DNA of 64,000 nt, from assembly GCA_963674945.2 (NCBI GenBank), contig CAXXWQ010000004.1, positions 1,920,001 through 1,984,000 on the forward strand, given 5' to 3'. Below, one piece after another: positions 28,240-37,601 of the stretch; the stretch's first letter is position 1; every line of letters begins with the position of its first letter. The position numbers and the translations under genes are program-made. The notes beneath the pieces were generated by a model. It saw only the letters and a list, made by a program, of their open reading frames with translations. It was not told the DNA's origin and did no database searches. This DNA comes from an uncultured Desulfosarcina sp. GTDB taxonomy: Bacteria; Desulfobacterota; Desulfobacteria; Desulfobacterales; Desulfosarcinaceae.

Positions 28240-28452
28240 TTACATCTGTTTTCGCAAAATCAGCCGACAAACCTTGCTTTCCGGTGCGGAGAGGAAAAGA
28301 AAGGATAGGATAAACAGCGGAACGGCGAAGAAAAGGCCGACAACGGGAAGAATCAGGAAGCCGAGAAACCCCAATGCAACGGCAAGGGGAAGGAGAATGA
28401 GACCGACGGTTCGACTCGACCATTTCTGGGATACACAATCTTGTCTATTCAT
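28240..28452 (-). CDS. 70-aa small membrane protein
   Basis: AAGGAGG RBS before MNRQDC, hydrophobic hairpin, followed by a terminator. Confidence 0.7.
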   Translation of the reverse strand: MNRQDCVSQKWSSRTVGLILLPLAVALGFLGFLILPVVGLFFAVPLFILSFLFLSAPESKVCRLILRKQM

Positions 28453-28545
28453 ACTAAACCTCCTTATACGGCGGATATCGTTTATTTCATTGGTCCAACG
28501 ATCTTTGTAGACATAAGATTGTGCATCAGTTTGATTTGTCAACGA

Positions 28546-29049
28546 TCACCCGCAAATGGCACAAACCCGGTCTGCCACCTGCTGCGGTGTCAGGTCATCG
28601 GTATCGATCTCATGTTGGGCGGCATTCTTGTATTTCGACAGGCGGCCGGCCAACACCTGCAGCACCTCGTCCGTGAAGGATTTTTCGCCGGTGAGAGAGG
28701 GGCGTTGGGTGTCACCCTGGATGCGGGAAACAATGGTTTCCACCGTAGCTTTCAGCCAGATAACCACGGCATCTTTCCCCAAAGCGGCCATGTTTTCCGG
28801 CCGTTCGATGACGCCACCGCCGGTATCGACAACCAGATTGTCCCGGGCGGCAAATTCCATGGCCACTTCGGTCTCCCGATCACGGAACCCCGGCCATCCG
28901 AATTTTTCAACGATCTCGGGAATGGACATGCCGGCACGTTCAACGATACGCGCATCCATGCCCACCAGATCCAATCCCATACGGTCGGCCACGATCTCGC
29001 CCACCACGCTTTTTCCCGTTCCCCGGTAACCGATCAATACGATTCTCAT
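28546..29049 (-). CDS. aroK: Shikimate kinase
   Basis: GYRGTGKS P-loop, FRDRE, DTGGG, RPSL. Confidence 0.95.
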   Translation of the reverse strand: MRIVLIGYRGTGKSVVGEIVADRMGLDLVGMDARIVERAGMSIPEIVEKFGWPGFRDRETEVAMEFAARDNLVVDTGGGVIERPENMAALGKDAVVIWLKATVETIVSRIQGDTQRPSLTGEKSFTDEVLQVLAGRLSKYKNAAQHEIDTDDLTPQQVADRVCAICG

Positions 29050-29915
29050 GATTTCAAATGCTCCATCACGACGTTTCGCATCACCGCGACGGGAGCGTCC
29101 TGTCCGGTGAATTGTTCAAATTGCAGCACGGCCTGGTTGACAAACATTTCTACCCCGGAAATGACCGTGAGCCCACAATCTGCAGCATCCTTGAGCAGGC
29201 GGGTCTGCAAGGGGGTGTAGACCGCATCGAACACCACCTGGCCGGATCGAAACAGGTTTGCGGGAACCAGCGATGCATGCACATTGGGGTGCATTCCCAC
29301 TGGCGTGCAGTGGATAACCACATCCGCCGTGGACATGGCGGGTGCCAGGGAATCATCGTTTAATGAATCCGATCGGATCTTGGCATCGGTACCGGCCTGA
29401 AGATCCGCCGTCAGTTTATTCCTCATTTTATCATCGATATCCAAGATGAGTAGTTCGGCAAGTTTTGTCTTCATGGCAAGCGTGAAGGCAATGGCCCTGG
29501 CCGCACCGCCGGAACCGATCATGAGGATCGATTTTCCGTCCACCTGCGCGCCGGCATCGGAAAGGGCCTTCAACGCACCGGGTCCATCGGTTCCCAGACC
29601 GACGAGCCGGTCCTTTTCATGAACCACCGTGTTGATGGAGCCGATGGCCCGGTCCACGGGGGCGATCTCATCCATATATTGCATCACTTCCATTTTGTGG
29701 GGAATGGTCACACTGAGCCCGCGAAAATTTTCGAGAGCCCGCATTCCGGCCAGGGCGCCTTTCACGTCCTCGACACGATGGGCCACATAAACATAATCCA
29801 AATTCAGGTGTTGATACCCCGCATTGTGAATGGCCGGCGAAAGGCTATGGGCGATGGGGTTGCCGATTACAGCACAAACCTGCGTACTGGGACTGATGGA
29901 ACCAATATGTTTCAT
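29046..29915 (-). CDS. aroE: Shikimate dehydrogenase
   Basis: GNPIAHSLSP, SVTIPHK, NTV, GSGGAARA, TPVGM, DAVYTP. GGAGGAG RBS before MKHIG. Confidence 0.95.
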   Translation of the reverse strand: MKHIGSISPSTQVCAVIGNPIAHSLSPAIHNAGYQHLNLDYVYVAHRVEDVKGALAGMRALENFRGLSVTIPHKMEVMQYMDEIAPVDRAIGSINTVVHEKDRLVGLGTDGPGALKALSDAGAQVDGKSILMIGSGGAARAIAFTLAMKTKLAELLILDIDDKMRNKLTADLQAGTDAKIRSDSLNDDSLAPAMSTADVVIHCTPVGMHPNVHASLVPANLFRSGQVVFDAVYTPLQTRLLKDAADCGLTVISGVEMFVNQAVLQFEQFTGQDAPVAVMRNVVMEHLKS

Positions 29916-30301
29916 TTCTCCTCCTGAAGGATTGAAAAATGCTTTCTCCAATGGATGAGGGATAATATCAGAAAAGTTTTGCATACCCCCTCGTCCCAAT
30001 GGCGTCAACCTTTAAGTGTTATTGGCAAATTTTACATGCTGTAAAAATTGCCGACATCCGATTCCCTTTTCTTCGGCTTTCCTGTTGCAAATAATTTCTT
30101 TAAATTGTGTGGGAACACTGCAATACATCAATTTGCGTCCCGTGGTATGACTATTGCTTTTCGTTTTATTAACGCAAAAAGCAAACACTTCGAAAAACGC
30201 ATAATAGTTATAACTTTTTATGGTTACCGTTGGTTCATTGTCAGCCAGAAAACAGTAAAGCGATGGAGAGCAGTATTACGATACTTTTTTACGGAGGAAA
30301 T

Positions 30302-31105
30302 ATGAAAATGAAAAAAAATCCAAAATTAATAGTTATGCTGATCACTTTTCTTTCTTTGTCGATTTTTACCTCGAATTTGTGGGCAAAAGAAACATTGCAT
30401 TATAGTAGTTCTGCTCAAGTCTATTCTGCTTTCGGTGAAACGGTTCTCAGAGCTTTTACCGAAGAAACCGGCATCGAGATCGATTTATACATCTGCTCTT
30501 CCGACGCGGCAGTAAATCGGATGATGAACGGTTTTGATGACGTTGCCAGTTCAGTAAAAAGACTGAGTCATACGAGTATTGATTATGGATACACTGAAAT
30601 TATTTTTGCCAGAGCACCAATGGTTGTCATTACAAATGTTTCTTCGGAAATTGATGATCTGACGACCGATAATCTTCGAGAAATATTCAGCGGGTCGATC
30701 ACGAACTGGAAGGAAGTTGGAGGCCCTGATAAAGATATTATTATCGTCATTCCAAGCGATAATACCGGGGCTTTTAAAAATTTCAGTATGCTCGCATTAA
30801 AACGGTTGGACATAAAGTACGATTATATGACATTTAGGTCCTCAAGCGTGGTAGATCTCGTCAGATATATTCCATGGAGCATATCATTCATTTCAAAAGG
30901 TATAAACACCCAAGACAAGGCGATAAAAACGATTCGAATTGATGGTGCAACCCCCGAAGATAATAACTACCCATTTTATCAGGATTTTTCTTTCATTACC
31001 AAGGGAAAACCAAAGGGAGCGACCAAAAAACTGATAGACTTTTTCTTGTCGGAAAAGGCAAACCAATATTTTGAAAATAGCGGTATTCAACGATTTAAGA
31101 AGTAA
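30302..31105 (+). CDS. PstS-like periplasmic binding protein (AT-rich)
   Basis: Signal peptide, LREIFSGSITNWKEVGGPDKDI and IDGATP...YP motifs. GGAGG RBS. Confidence 0.85.
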   Translation: MKMKKNPKLIVMLITFLSLSIFTSNLWAKETLHYSSSAQVYSAFGETVLRAFTEETGIEIDLYICSSDAAVNRMMNGFDDVASSVKRLSHTSIDYGYTEIIFARAPMVVITNVSSEIDDLTTDNLREIFSGSITNWKEVGGPDKDIIIVIPSDNTGAFKNFSMLALKRLDIKYDYMTFRSSSVVDLVRYIPWSISFISKGINTQDKAIKTIRIDGATPEDNNYPFYQDFSFITKGKPKGATKKLIDFFLSEKANQYFENSGIQRFKK

Positions 31106-31139
31106 ACGATCGTATCAACTGCGGAACATCTTCATATGA

Positions 31140-31178
31140 GGGGTGAAACCTTTCGAAGGGCTTCACCCCATTTTTTTG
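31140..31178 (+). terminator. Rho-independent terminator
   Basis: GGGGTGAA...TTCACCCC stem followed by ATTTTTTT, just after the PstS-like stop. Confidence 0.75.
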
Positions 31179-31409
31179 CGACATTACGGTTTCTTGACCA
31201 TCCACAAACCCTCGCGGTGGACCTTTGCATGGATGAACGAATTGATGATATCTGGAAGATAAGCTCAGCGGGTGCCATAAGCGCAATTCGCGAAAGCGAG
31301 TGTTCGGCAATGTCTATTACTAAAGATGAATCTCAAATATGGCTGAACATTTGCGTAACCTCAACATTGATGTGTTTGGCAAGAAGGTCGATTTTTCATT
31401 TCTTCTTTT

Positions 31410-31860
31410 TCATAATAGAAGCTTTTTGGCCAGCCGAACTATCGCTGATGCTACCTGAGAAATCGGTTGAATGACGCGATATTTGGCAAAAACATAAATG
31501 AGTATAATGAAGATTAATGAGACAGAACTACTGGAAACTTGGAGAATGATTTCCCTGCGGCTTTCATTTATTTTATTATGCGAATATTTTTTAGTGACAG
31601 TCACAATACTTTCCATAAAAGTTGCAATCTGCAGAAGAGCCTTCACCCCATGACTAAGAAATTCAGGTTGTGAGTACGGATAAGGCCCCCCTTTCAATGC
31701 CAGAGGAAATATTGTATCCCTTTCCACATTTGACAAATGCACAATTCAGTATCAATTTTCAATGTATTACTGCGATACAGAACATCAATTCTTTTACTGC
31801 TATCCCAGCAACAGTTGTAGCAAAATAGAAAAGGCCCATACCCCAAAACCCGCAATGAGT
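31410..31860 (-). pseudogene. Decayed membrane sensor (MCP/kinase-type) fragment
   Basis: Periplasmic-like segment GGPYPYSQPEFL, a TM helix, then RVIQPISQVASAIVRLAKK (HAMP start-like). In-frame stops on both sides. Confidence 0.4.
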
Positions 31861-31869
31861 AACGTGAAT

Positions 31870-31965
31870 ATGGACAAAGAAAAGTTATCGGTCTCACCGA
31901 AGACGGCCCCATTCAAGGATGCTCTGAAATTTTGGACCAAACTGGGACTCATTAGCAGTCCTTAG
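31870..31965 (+). pseudogene. N-terminal stub resembling chromate transporter ChrA
   Basis: PFKDALKFWTKLGLISSP* resembles the ChrA start (F-x-[DE]-A-x2-F-W-x-K-L-G-x-I-S) but stops where FGG would follow. Confidence 0.45.
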
Positions 31966-32159
31966 TGCTGCCTGAGTCATTCCCACTGGCAAAACACAAA
32001 AGTGTTTAGACCGGTTGACCACATTGGAAACCCGGTCTTTCAGTTTATCAAGCCTTGCCACTGACCAGGGTCTTCAAGCGGGATTAGGGAGGAGTGAACA
32101 ACGATAGCGCGGTACGTTTCATCGTACAACTCAACCTCTATAGCGTCGGGCAAGTTAAA

Positions 32160-32516
32160 GTTCCGACAGTGGCCCGAAATTTTCTTCAAAGGATAGAAAC
32201 AAAAGCTCCCCAAGCATCAACTGACTCGTGGTACCGAAATGGAGCCATCCATTATTTCGTGTTGTTTGATGCGCCCTGTCGTCGAGCAAAACTGATAGAA
32301 TTCGACGTTGTCGGAAAAATAATTATATTCAGCAGGCAGTTGGGAAGTGACACCTAACCCATTCATATTGGATTGTCCGGATAGAATGAACACCATCGGC
32401 CTACTATGATCGGGATCGGAATTAATCAATTGTACATCAATGGTCTGGCTACATCCTCCAAGCAAAAGTAAGAAGGCAAATACAGCTGTTCTGACAAATT
32501 TAGAAATCGAGATCAT
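32160..32516 (-). pseudogene. Truncated sialate O-acetylesterase (SASA/SGNH) lipoprotein
   Basis: Lipobox LLLGGC and catalytic motif FILSGQSNMNG, stop at 32217. An out-of-frame NFGP segment follows. Confidence 0.6.
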
Positions 32517-33252
32517 CTTCTTTGGCCGGAGAAACGATTTGGCAACAACGATAACGTGGAAAATGATACTCAGGGTGCGCCGTTCAAAACAGGACGGCTC
32601 TGCAGTTTCATATTGCCCGCCATTTGTTTTCATCGCTTCAACTGAATGTGAGAATCTTCTTGTTTCGGTCGACGATATGGCTTCTTCTCATGAGTACATT
32701 TCCAAACCACTATTCGCTAAAACAATGAACAAACGAAATATTAAGGCTGTTGTGATGAATTTGATGCATAGCAAAATCGATAATAACAACTTTTCATTCA
32801 TACTTTTCATCCTCAACAACAAAGCCAGAAATGAGGATATAGAACTGAGGACAGCCAAGCACCCATTTATATGAATGTGTTATGTCTTTTTTCTAACAAT
32901 TAGCGGTGAGTTACGTCAAGCAATTTGCTGTTAGAATTTTGTTATAAGATTCTCAAATAGCCAAATTCTGATTTGTATTTACACGTAATACGGTTGGAAA
33001 GGAAAAGCAGCCTGTGTCTGATGCACGTCACGAGAGGTCCACCCATGCGGTTTAAAGCATGGAGCAGTTAAGATTCGGATGTATCTCGAGTGTCTTGTGA
33101 GTACTCCAGCATACTCCACACAAAAAATATGAGGAAAATAAGGTTGGACGCACCGGCGATTAAAAATCCAGAGCCAAATCCGATGGTCTCGATCAGGGGA
33201 CCCAATCCGATTGAACCGGCCATCAGACCAAAATAAAGGAAACCGGACGGAA

Positions 33253-33768
33253 TTACTCGGCAAACCCCAAACCGGTAAACCGTTCGACCGTGGCGTGATG
33301 GACCCGCCAGTCATTTCCCGTTCGGGTCAATTCCAGTTTCAATCGATACAGATCCGCGTTTTCTCCAATCCCGTCGAGCCATGCCAAGGGATCGTCGCGA
33401 AGCGTGTCCAGTCCCGGAAAGGTCTGCTCCTGTTTTACGATGAGAAAGGGCGTGCTGGCCTGTGCGGCTTTCCCCCCTTCCTCAATCTCGACGGAAACAC
33501 GCGGGTAGAGAACTTTCAGTGGTCCGTAATAGTTAAAGGTTCGCCAGAGTAGGCCCTTGATGCCGCTTCTTCCAAGGTCCATGGGCATGGCCCGCACATC
33601 TTCCGTGGTCAGGTCCAGGAGTCCCCCGATATCGTGATCTTGCGCCAGGACCGCGCCCGTTGCAATCAATTCCCGAATCTGGACCGTAGCGTCTTTCTCG
33701 GTGCAGGCCCAAAAGGCTCCCATACAAATCATGACCAGGATAAACGAGGCGCCCAACCGTTTCATCAT
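33253..33768 (-). CDS. Hypothetical lipoprotein, possibly NTF2-like fold
   Basis: MMKRLG...FWAC signal. Follows the ACT-domain gene. Confidence 0.7.
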   Translation of the reverse strand: MMKRLGASFILVMICMGAFWACTEKDATVQIRELIATGAVLAQDHDIGGLLDLTTEDVRAMPMDLGRSGIKGLLWRTFNYYGPLKVLYPRVSVEIEEGGKAAQASTPFLIVKQEQTFPGLDTLRDDPLAWLDGIGENADLYRLKLELTRTGNDWRVHHATVERFTGLGFAE

Positions 33769-33782
33769 ATCACCCCACACCT

Positions 33783-34292
33783 TCATTTATCCCCGGCAGC
33801 CTTTTCCTGGGAAAATATGGTGGCGGCCAGGTCGATATCCTCGGGGCAGAAGACGAAGAGGCACTTGGCATCCGGCCCGGCCACGGAACCGTACACGTAG
33901 TTGATGTTGATGCCTGCCTCGCCGAATTTGGAGGAGAGCCGGGCCAACTCACCGGGGCGATTGTCCAGTTCCACGGCGATGACCGGCATGATATCGAAGG
34001 TATAGCCGTGTTTGGAAAGAAGGTCGATGGCGGCATTGGTCTTGCCGTCTTCGGCCAGAAGCCGGATCAGGGCGAATTGGGCCGAGTCTTTTCTCATGGA
34101 GTTATAACTGGCGGCCGAGGCGATCCGTTTGAGCATCCTGCCCCGGGCCTTGAACAGTTCCAGCACATAGGCCGAGGCATCCTGTATGGTCAATGCATCG
34201 ATGTTGATGCCCGCCTTTCCCATGAGCGTGGCCAGCTTACCCAGTTCGCCGGGTTCGTTTTTCAGAAACAGAGAGATTTCGGTTCTGATCAT
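33783..34292 (-). CDS. Tandem ACT domain protein
   Basis: ISLFLKNEPGELGKL...GINI and LDNRPGELARL...ININYVY. GGAGG RBS. Confidence 0.88.
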   Translation of the reverse strand: MIRTEISLFLKNEPGELGKLATLMGKAGINIDALTIQDASAYVLELFKARGRMLKRIASAASYNSMRKDSAQFALIRLLAEDGKTNAAIDLLSKHGYTFDIMPVIAVELDNRPGELARLSSKFGEAGININYVYGSVAGPDAKCLFVFCPEDIDLAATIFSQEKAAGDK

Positions 34293-34327
34293 TACAGACC
34301 TCCCTTGTATTTTATCCCCAATTCTTA

Positions 34328-34477
34328 CGATCAGGTAAAAAGCCCCTGTTCGGACGGATTCGTAAAAAGCCCGAGATCAAGGATTGCGAATTCGTGAGGA
34401 ATGAGGCGTACCTATTGTACTCCGCAGTGACGAAGGATGAAGCGTAACGCCGATATCGGGCTTTTTACGAATCCGTC
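34328..34477. mobile_element. MITE-like palindromic repeat, family B
   Basis: Perfect 21-bp inverted repeats GACGGATTCGTAAAAAGCCCG (34353-34373) and CGGGCTTTTTACGAATCCGTC (34457-34477), with a partial extra end at 34328-34345. Confidence 0.8.
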
Positions 34478-34481
34478 AATT

Positions 34482-35639
34482 CTAGCGGGTGACCCTTTTG
34501 TCCTTAAGAATATTGTTGGCGATCACCACGCGCTGGATCTCCGAGGTACCCTCGTAGATGGTGAACACCCTCGCGTCCCGGTAAAACCGCTCCACCGGAT
34601 AGTCGGATGTAAAACCATATCCACCGTGTATCTGGAGGGCCTGTGCGGTGACCTTGTTGACCATCTCGGAAGCGAACAGCTTGGCCATGGAGGCCTGGGT
34701 GGTGAAGCGTTCTTTGCGGTCCTTCATGGCGGCGGCAGACAGCGTCAGTTGCCGGGCCGCCTCGATCTGGGTAGCCATGTCGGCGATGATCCATCGAAGG
34801 CCCTGAAACTTTGATATCTTCTGGCCGAACTGGTCCCGCTCCTTGGCGTAGCGAACCGCCGCGTCGAACGCCGCCTGGGCCACACCCAGACTCTGGGCGG
34901 CGATACCGATTCGCCCGCCGTCAAGTCCCTTCATGACGATTTTGAACCCCTCCCCTTCCGCACCCAGCCGATCCGATGCCGGCACGCAACAATCCTCGAA
35001 ATGAAGATCGGTGGTATCCGAGGCACGCAGCCCCATCTTCTCCTCTGTCCTTCCCACTACGAGCCCGGGATTGTCCTTGGTAACGATGAATGTACTGATT
35101 CCCTTGTGCCGGGCATCGGGATCCGTCTTGGCCGCAACGATGACGAGACCGCAATTTTTACCGGTGGTGATGAACCGCTTGGTACCGCTGATGATGTAAT
35201 GGTCACCGTCTTTCACCGCCGTGGTCTGCTGGCTCACCGGATCCGATCCCGCATCGGGTTCCGTAAGGGCAAAGGCGCCGATGATGTTGCCGGTGGCAAG
35301 ATCCTTGAGATAACGCTCCCGCTGGTCTTCCGTGCCGAAATTCAGAATACTTTCGCAGACGATGGAGTTGTGTACGGACATGACCACCGCCGTTGACGCG
35401 CAGGCGTAGGCGATCTCGGAAAGTGCCAGCACATACCCGATGGAATCCGAGTCCGATCCTTCGTATTGGAAGGGCACCATCATCCCCAAGAGTCCCAGTT
35501 CTCCCATCTTCTTCAGGTTCTTTGCAGGAAATTCCTTGGTCTTGTCCCGCTCCGCCGCGGTTTCCGCCACCGCCTTTCGCGCGAACTCACGAACCATGGA
35601 TTGAATCATCAGTTGTTCATCGGTCAGCTTGAAGGACAT
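34482..35639 (-). CDS. Short-chain (butyryl-CoA type) acyl-CoA dehydrogenase
   Basis: FALTEPDAGSD, KRFITTG, KMGLRASDT, GGRIGIAAQ, QIHGGYG, IYEGTSEIQR. Confidence 0.95.
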   Translation of the reverse strand: MSFKLTDEQLMIQSMVREFARKAVAETAAERDKTKEFPAKNLKKMGELGLLGMMVPFQYEGSDSDSIGYVLALSEIAYACASTAVVMSVHNSIVCESILNFGTEDQRERYLKDLATGNIIGAFALTEPDAGSDPVSQQTTAVKDGDHYIISGTKRFITTGKNCGLVIVAAKTDPDARHKGISTFIVTKDNPGLVVGRTEEKMGLRASDTTDLHFEDCCVPASDRLGAEGEGFKIVMKGLDGGRIGIAAQSLGVAQAAFDAAVRYAKERDQFGQKISKFQGLRWIIADMATQIEAARQLTLSAAAMKDRKERFTTQASMAKLFASEMVNKVTAQALQIHGGYGFTSDYPVERFYRDARVFTIYEGTSEIQRVVIANNILKDKRVTR

Positions 35640-35729
35640 GGCCTTGTCTCCTATTGTAAAATCCGTGGCCCCAGTACCCGGCTTTGGACTCCTCCTAAAC
35701 GAGGGATGCGATAGTATCAGGGAAAACCA

Positions 35730-35781
35730 CAGGAGTCAGAAGCCAGCATTCAGGAGCCAGAATACTGACTCCTGGATTCTC
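35730..35781. repeat. Short-unit palindromic repeat, family C
   Basis: CAGGAGTCAGAAGCCAGCATTCAGGAGCCAGAATACTGACTCCTGGATTCT: direct units plus an inverted arm. Confidence 0.6.
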
Positions 35782-35870
35782 ATAACAATCTTTCGGTCGA
35801 GCCTTTTATTTTTTTGGCTTGGCCCGGAGGGACAGGGTTTCTTATCTGAACAAACCCAATCGTAGTCGAG

Positions 35871-36422
35871 CTACGGATTGTAGATGACCACGATCAATTC
35901 GGCATCCGTCTCTCCGATATTTCTCAGGTGGTGCTGAATCCCGGAATTGAAATGGAGAGTTTCCCCCGGGCCGATGGTGTTTACATGCTCCCCCACCATC
36001 ACCTCGATGGTGCCCTCGAGGACGTACACGAACTCTTCCCCCTCGTGGTTATAACTCACCCCCTCGTGATCCGCCATGGCATCGATCTTCACGCGAAATG
36101 CCTTTAAATGCTTGTTTTCGGCTCCGGGGGTCAAAGTCGTGTAGGCATAGCTGTCCGTTCTCTTGGTATATGCCTTGATGCGATTTTTCATTCGCCCGCT
36201 GTCTTCCTTCAATAGTTCTCCGGAATCGATATCCAGGGCACGGGAAATCTGGAGCAATGAGCCGACCGGAGGCGTAATCTTGCCACTTTCCACCTTTTTG
36301 ATAAAATCGATGGAAAATCCGGTCTCGTTGGCCAGGGTGTCGTAGGACATCTTCTTGTCGATGCGGGCCTTTTTGATCTTCTTTCCCACGGGCACCAGAG
36401 TGGATTTTTTTCTGGGGGGCAT
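35871..36422 (-). CDS. XRE-family HTH plus cupin transcriptional regulator
   Basis: N-terminal HTH_3, cupin HEGEEFVYVLEG...FNSGIQH. Confidence 0.92.
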   Translation of the reverse strand: MPPRKKSTLVPVGKKIKKARIDKKMSYDTLANETGFSIDFIKKVESGKITPPVGSLLQISRALDIDSGELLKEDSGRMKNRIKAYTKRTDSYAYTTLTPGAENKHLKAFRVKIDAMADHEGVSYNHEGEEFVYVLEGTIEVMVGEHVNTIGPGETLHFNSGIQHHLRNIGETDAELIVVIYNP

Positions 36423-36445
36423 CGAAAAACCTCCTTTTTCAAAAG

Positions 36446-36519
36446 AGTTCGAGGATTCGAGAGGTCAGGGGATCGAGCAACGGAAACGGTCGGTTCACTC
36501 GAATCCTTGAATCCTCGAT
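36446..36519. repeat. Octamer-based palindromic intergenic repeat, family D
   Basis: TCGAGGATTCGAG...GGATCGAG facing CTCGAATCCTTGAATCCTCGA. Confidence 0.6.
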
Positions 36520-36520
36520 T

Positions 36521-37369
36521 TTAGTACTCGTAAAATCCTCTTTTCGTCTTTCTGCCCAACCATCCGGCTTCCACGTATTTTCTGAGCAGTGGGCAGGGTC
36601 GGTATTTGGGATCCTTGAATCCATCGTGCAGGGTCTCCATGATGGCCAGGCAGGTGTCCAGTCCGATGAAATCCGCAAGGGTCAGTGGCCCCATGGGATG
36701 ATTCAATCCAAGTCTCATAACAGTGTCGATATCTTCCCGACTGCCAACACCGTGGTACAGGGCGAAAATTGCCTCATTGATCATGGGAAGTAAGATCCGG
36801 TTGGCGATAAAACCGGGGTAGTCGTTTGCCAGCACCGGTGTCTTTTTGAACTTGACAGAAAGGTCCCATGTGGTCTGGAAGGTTTCGTCACTGGTTGCGA
36901 TGCCGCGAATCACCTCGATCAGTTTCATCACCGGCACGGGATTCATGAAATGCATGCCGATCACCTTGTCCGGACGGCCGGTCTGGGCGGCGATGCGGCC
37001 GATGGGAATGGAAGAGGTATTGGTCGCCAGAATCACCTCGGGCCGGCAGATTCCGTCCAACTCCTTGAAAATCTGAAGTTTGAGCGCCTCGTTTTCCGTT
37101 GCCGCTTCCACTGCAAAATCCACGTTTTCCATGTCCGCAAGGTCGGCCGTGATGTGGAGGCGACCCAAGATGGCGTCTTTCTCCTCGGTCGTGATCTTCC
37201 CCTTTCCCGCATCCTTTTCGAGGATACTGGTGATGTTGGAAAGCCCCTTTTCGGCAAACTCGATTTTGATATCACTCATGACGACGTTCAAACCTGCCGT
37301 GGCCGCCACCTGTGCGATTCCGTTTCCCATCTGTCCCGCACCGACAACACCGAACGTTTTTACTTCCAT
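36521..37369 (-). CDS. hbd: 3-hydroxybutyryl-CoA dehydrogenase
   Basis: GAGQMGNGIA, EAATEN, TNTSS, GMHFMNP, PGFIANR, HPMGP, GRKTKRGFY. Confidence 0.93.
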   Translation of the reverse strand: MEVKTFGVVGAGQMGNGIAQVAATAGLNVVMSDIKIEFAEKGLSNITSILEKDAGKGKITTEEKDAILGRLHITADLADMENVDFAVEAATENEALKLQIFKELDGICRPEVILATNTSSIPIGRIAAQTGRPDKVIGMHFMNPVPVMKLIEVIRGIATSDETFQTTWDLSVKFKKTPVLANDYPGFIANRILLPMINEAIFALYHGVGSREDIDTVMRLGLNHPMGPLTLADFIGLDTCLAIMETLHDGFKDPKYRPCPLLRKYVEAGWLGRKTKRGFYEY

Positions 37370-37422
37370 TTCTCGTCTCCTTATTCTTTCACATGTTATC
37401 GCTTGAATTCGTAACATAATAT

Positions 37423-37601
37423 CAGTGTCTGTCCGGAAATAGGTAAGTTTGGTCGAGATCAAAGCGCGCGAAAAATTTTACCGGAGGTGCCCGAAGGAAA
37501 TGCCCCGGGGTGCATATGGTTGATATTTCGAGGATAAAATTTTTCGCGCAACGCCGATATCGGCCCAAGCTACAATTGAACTGGCCATTTCTGGACGAAA
37601 A
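37423..37601. mobile_element. MITE-like repeat, family A, copy 2 (diverged, with internal inserts)
   Basis: GTCCGGAAAT...ATTTCTGGAC ends. Shares GGTCGAGATC, GAAAAATTTT and GAGGATAAAATTTTTCGCGCAAC with the other copies. Lies next to the icmF stop. Confidence 0.8.

Noticed and set aside
31940..32095. Cluster of hairpins containing GCCACTG, suggestive of a structured RNA or riboswitch
   Set aside because: The remaining riboswitch elements are missing and it lies among gene fragments. An Infernal/Rfam scan would settle it.
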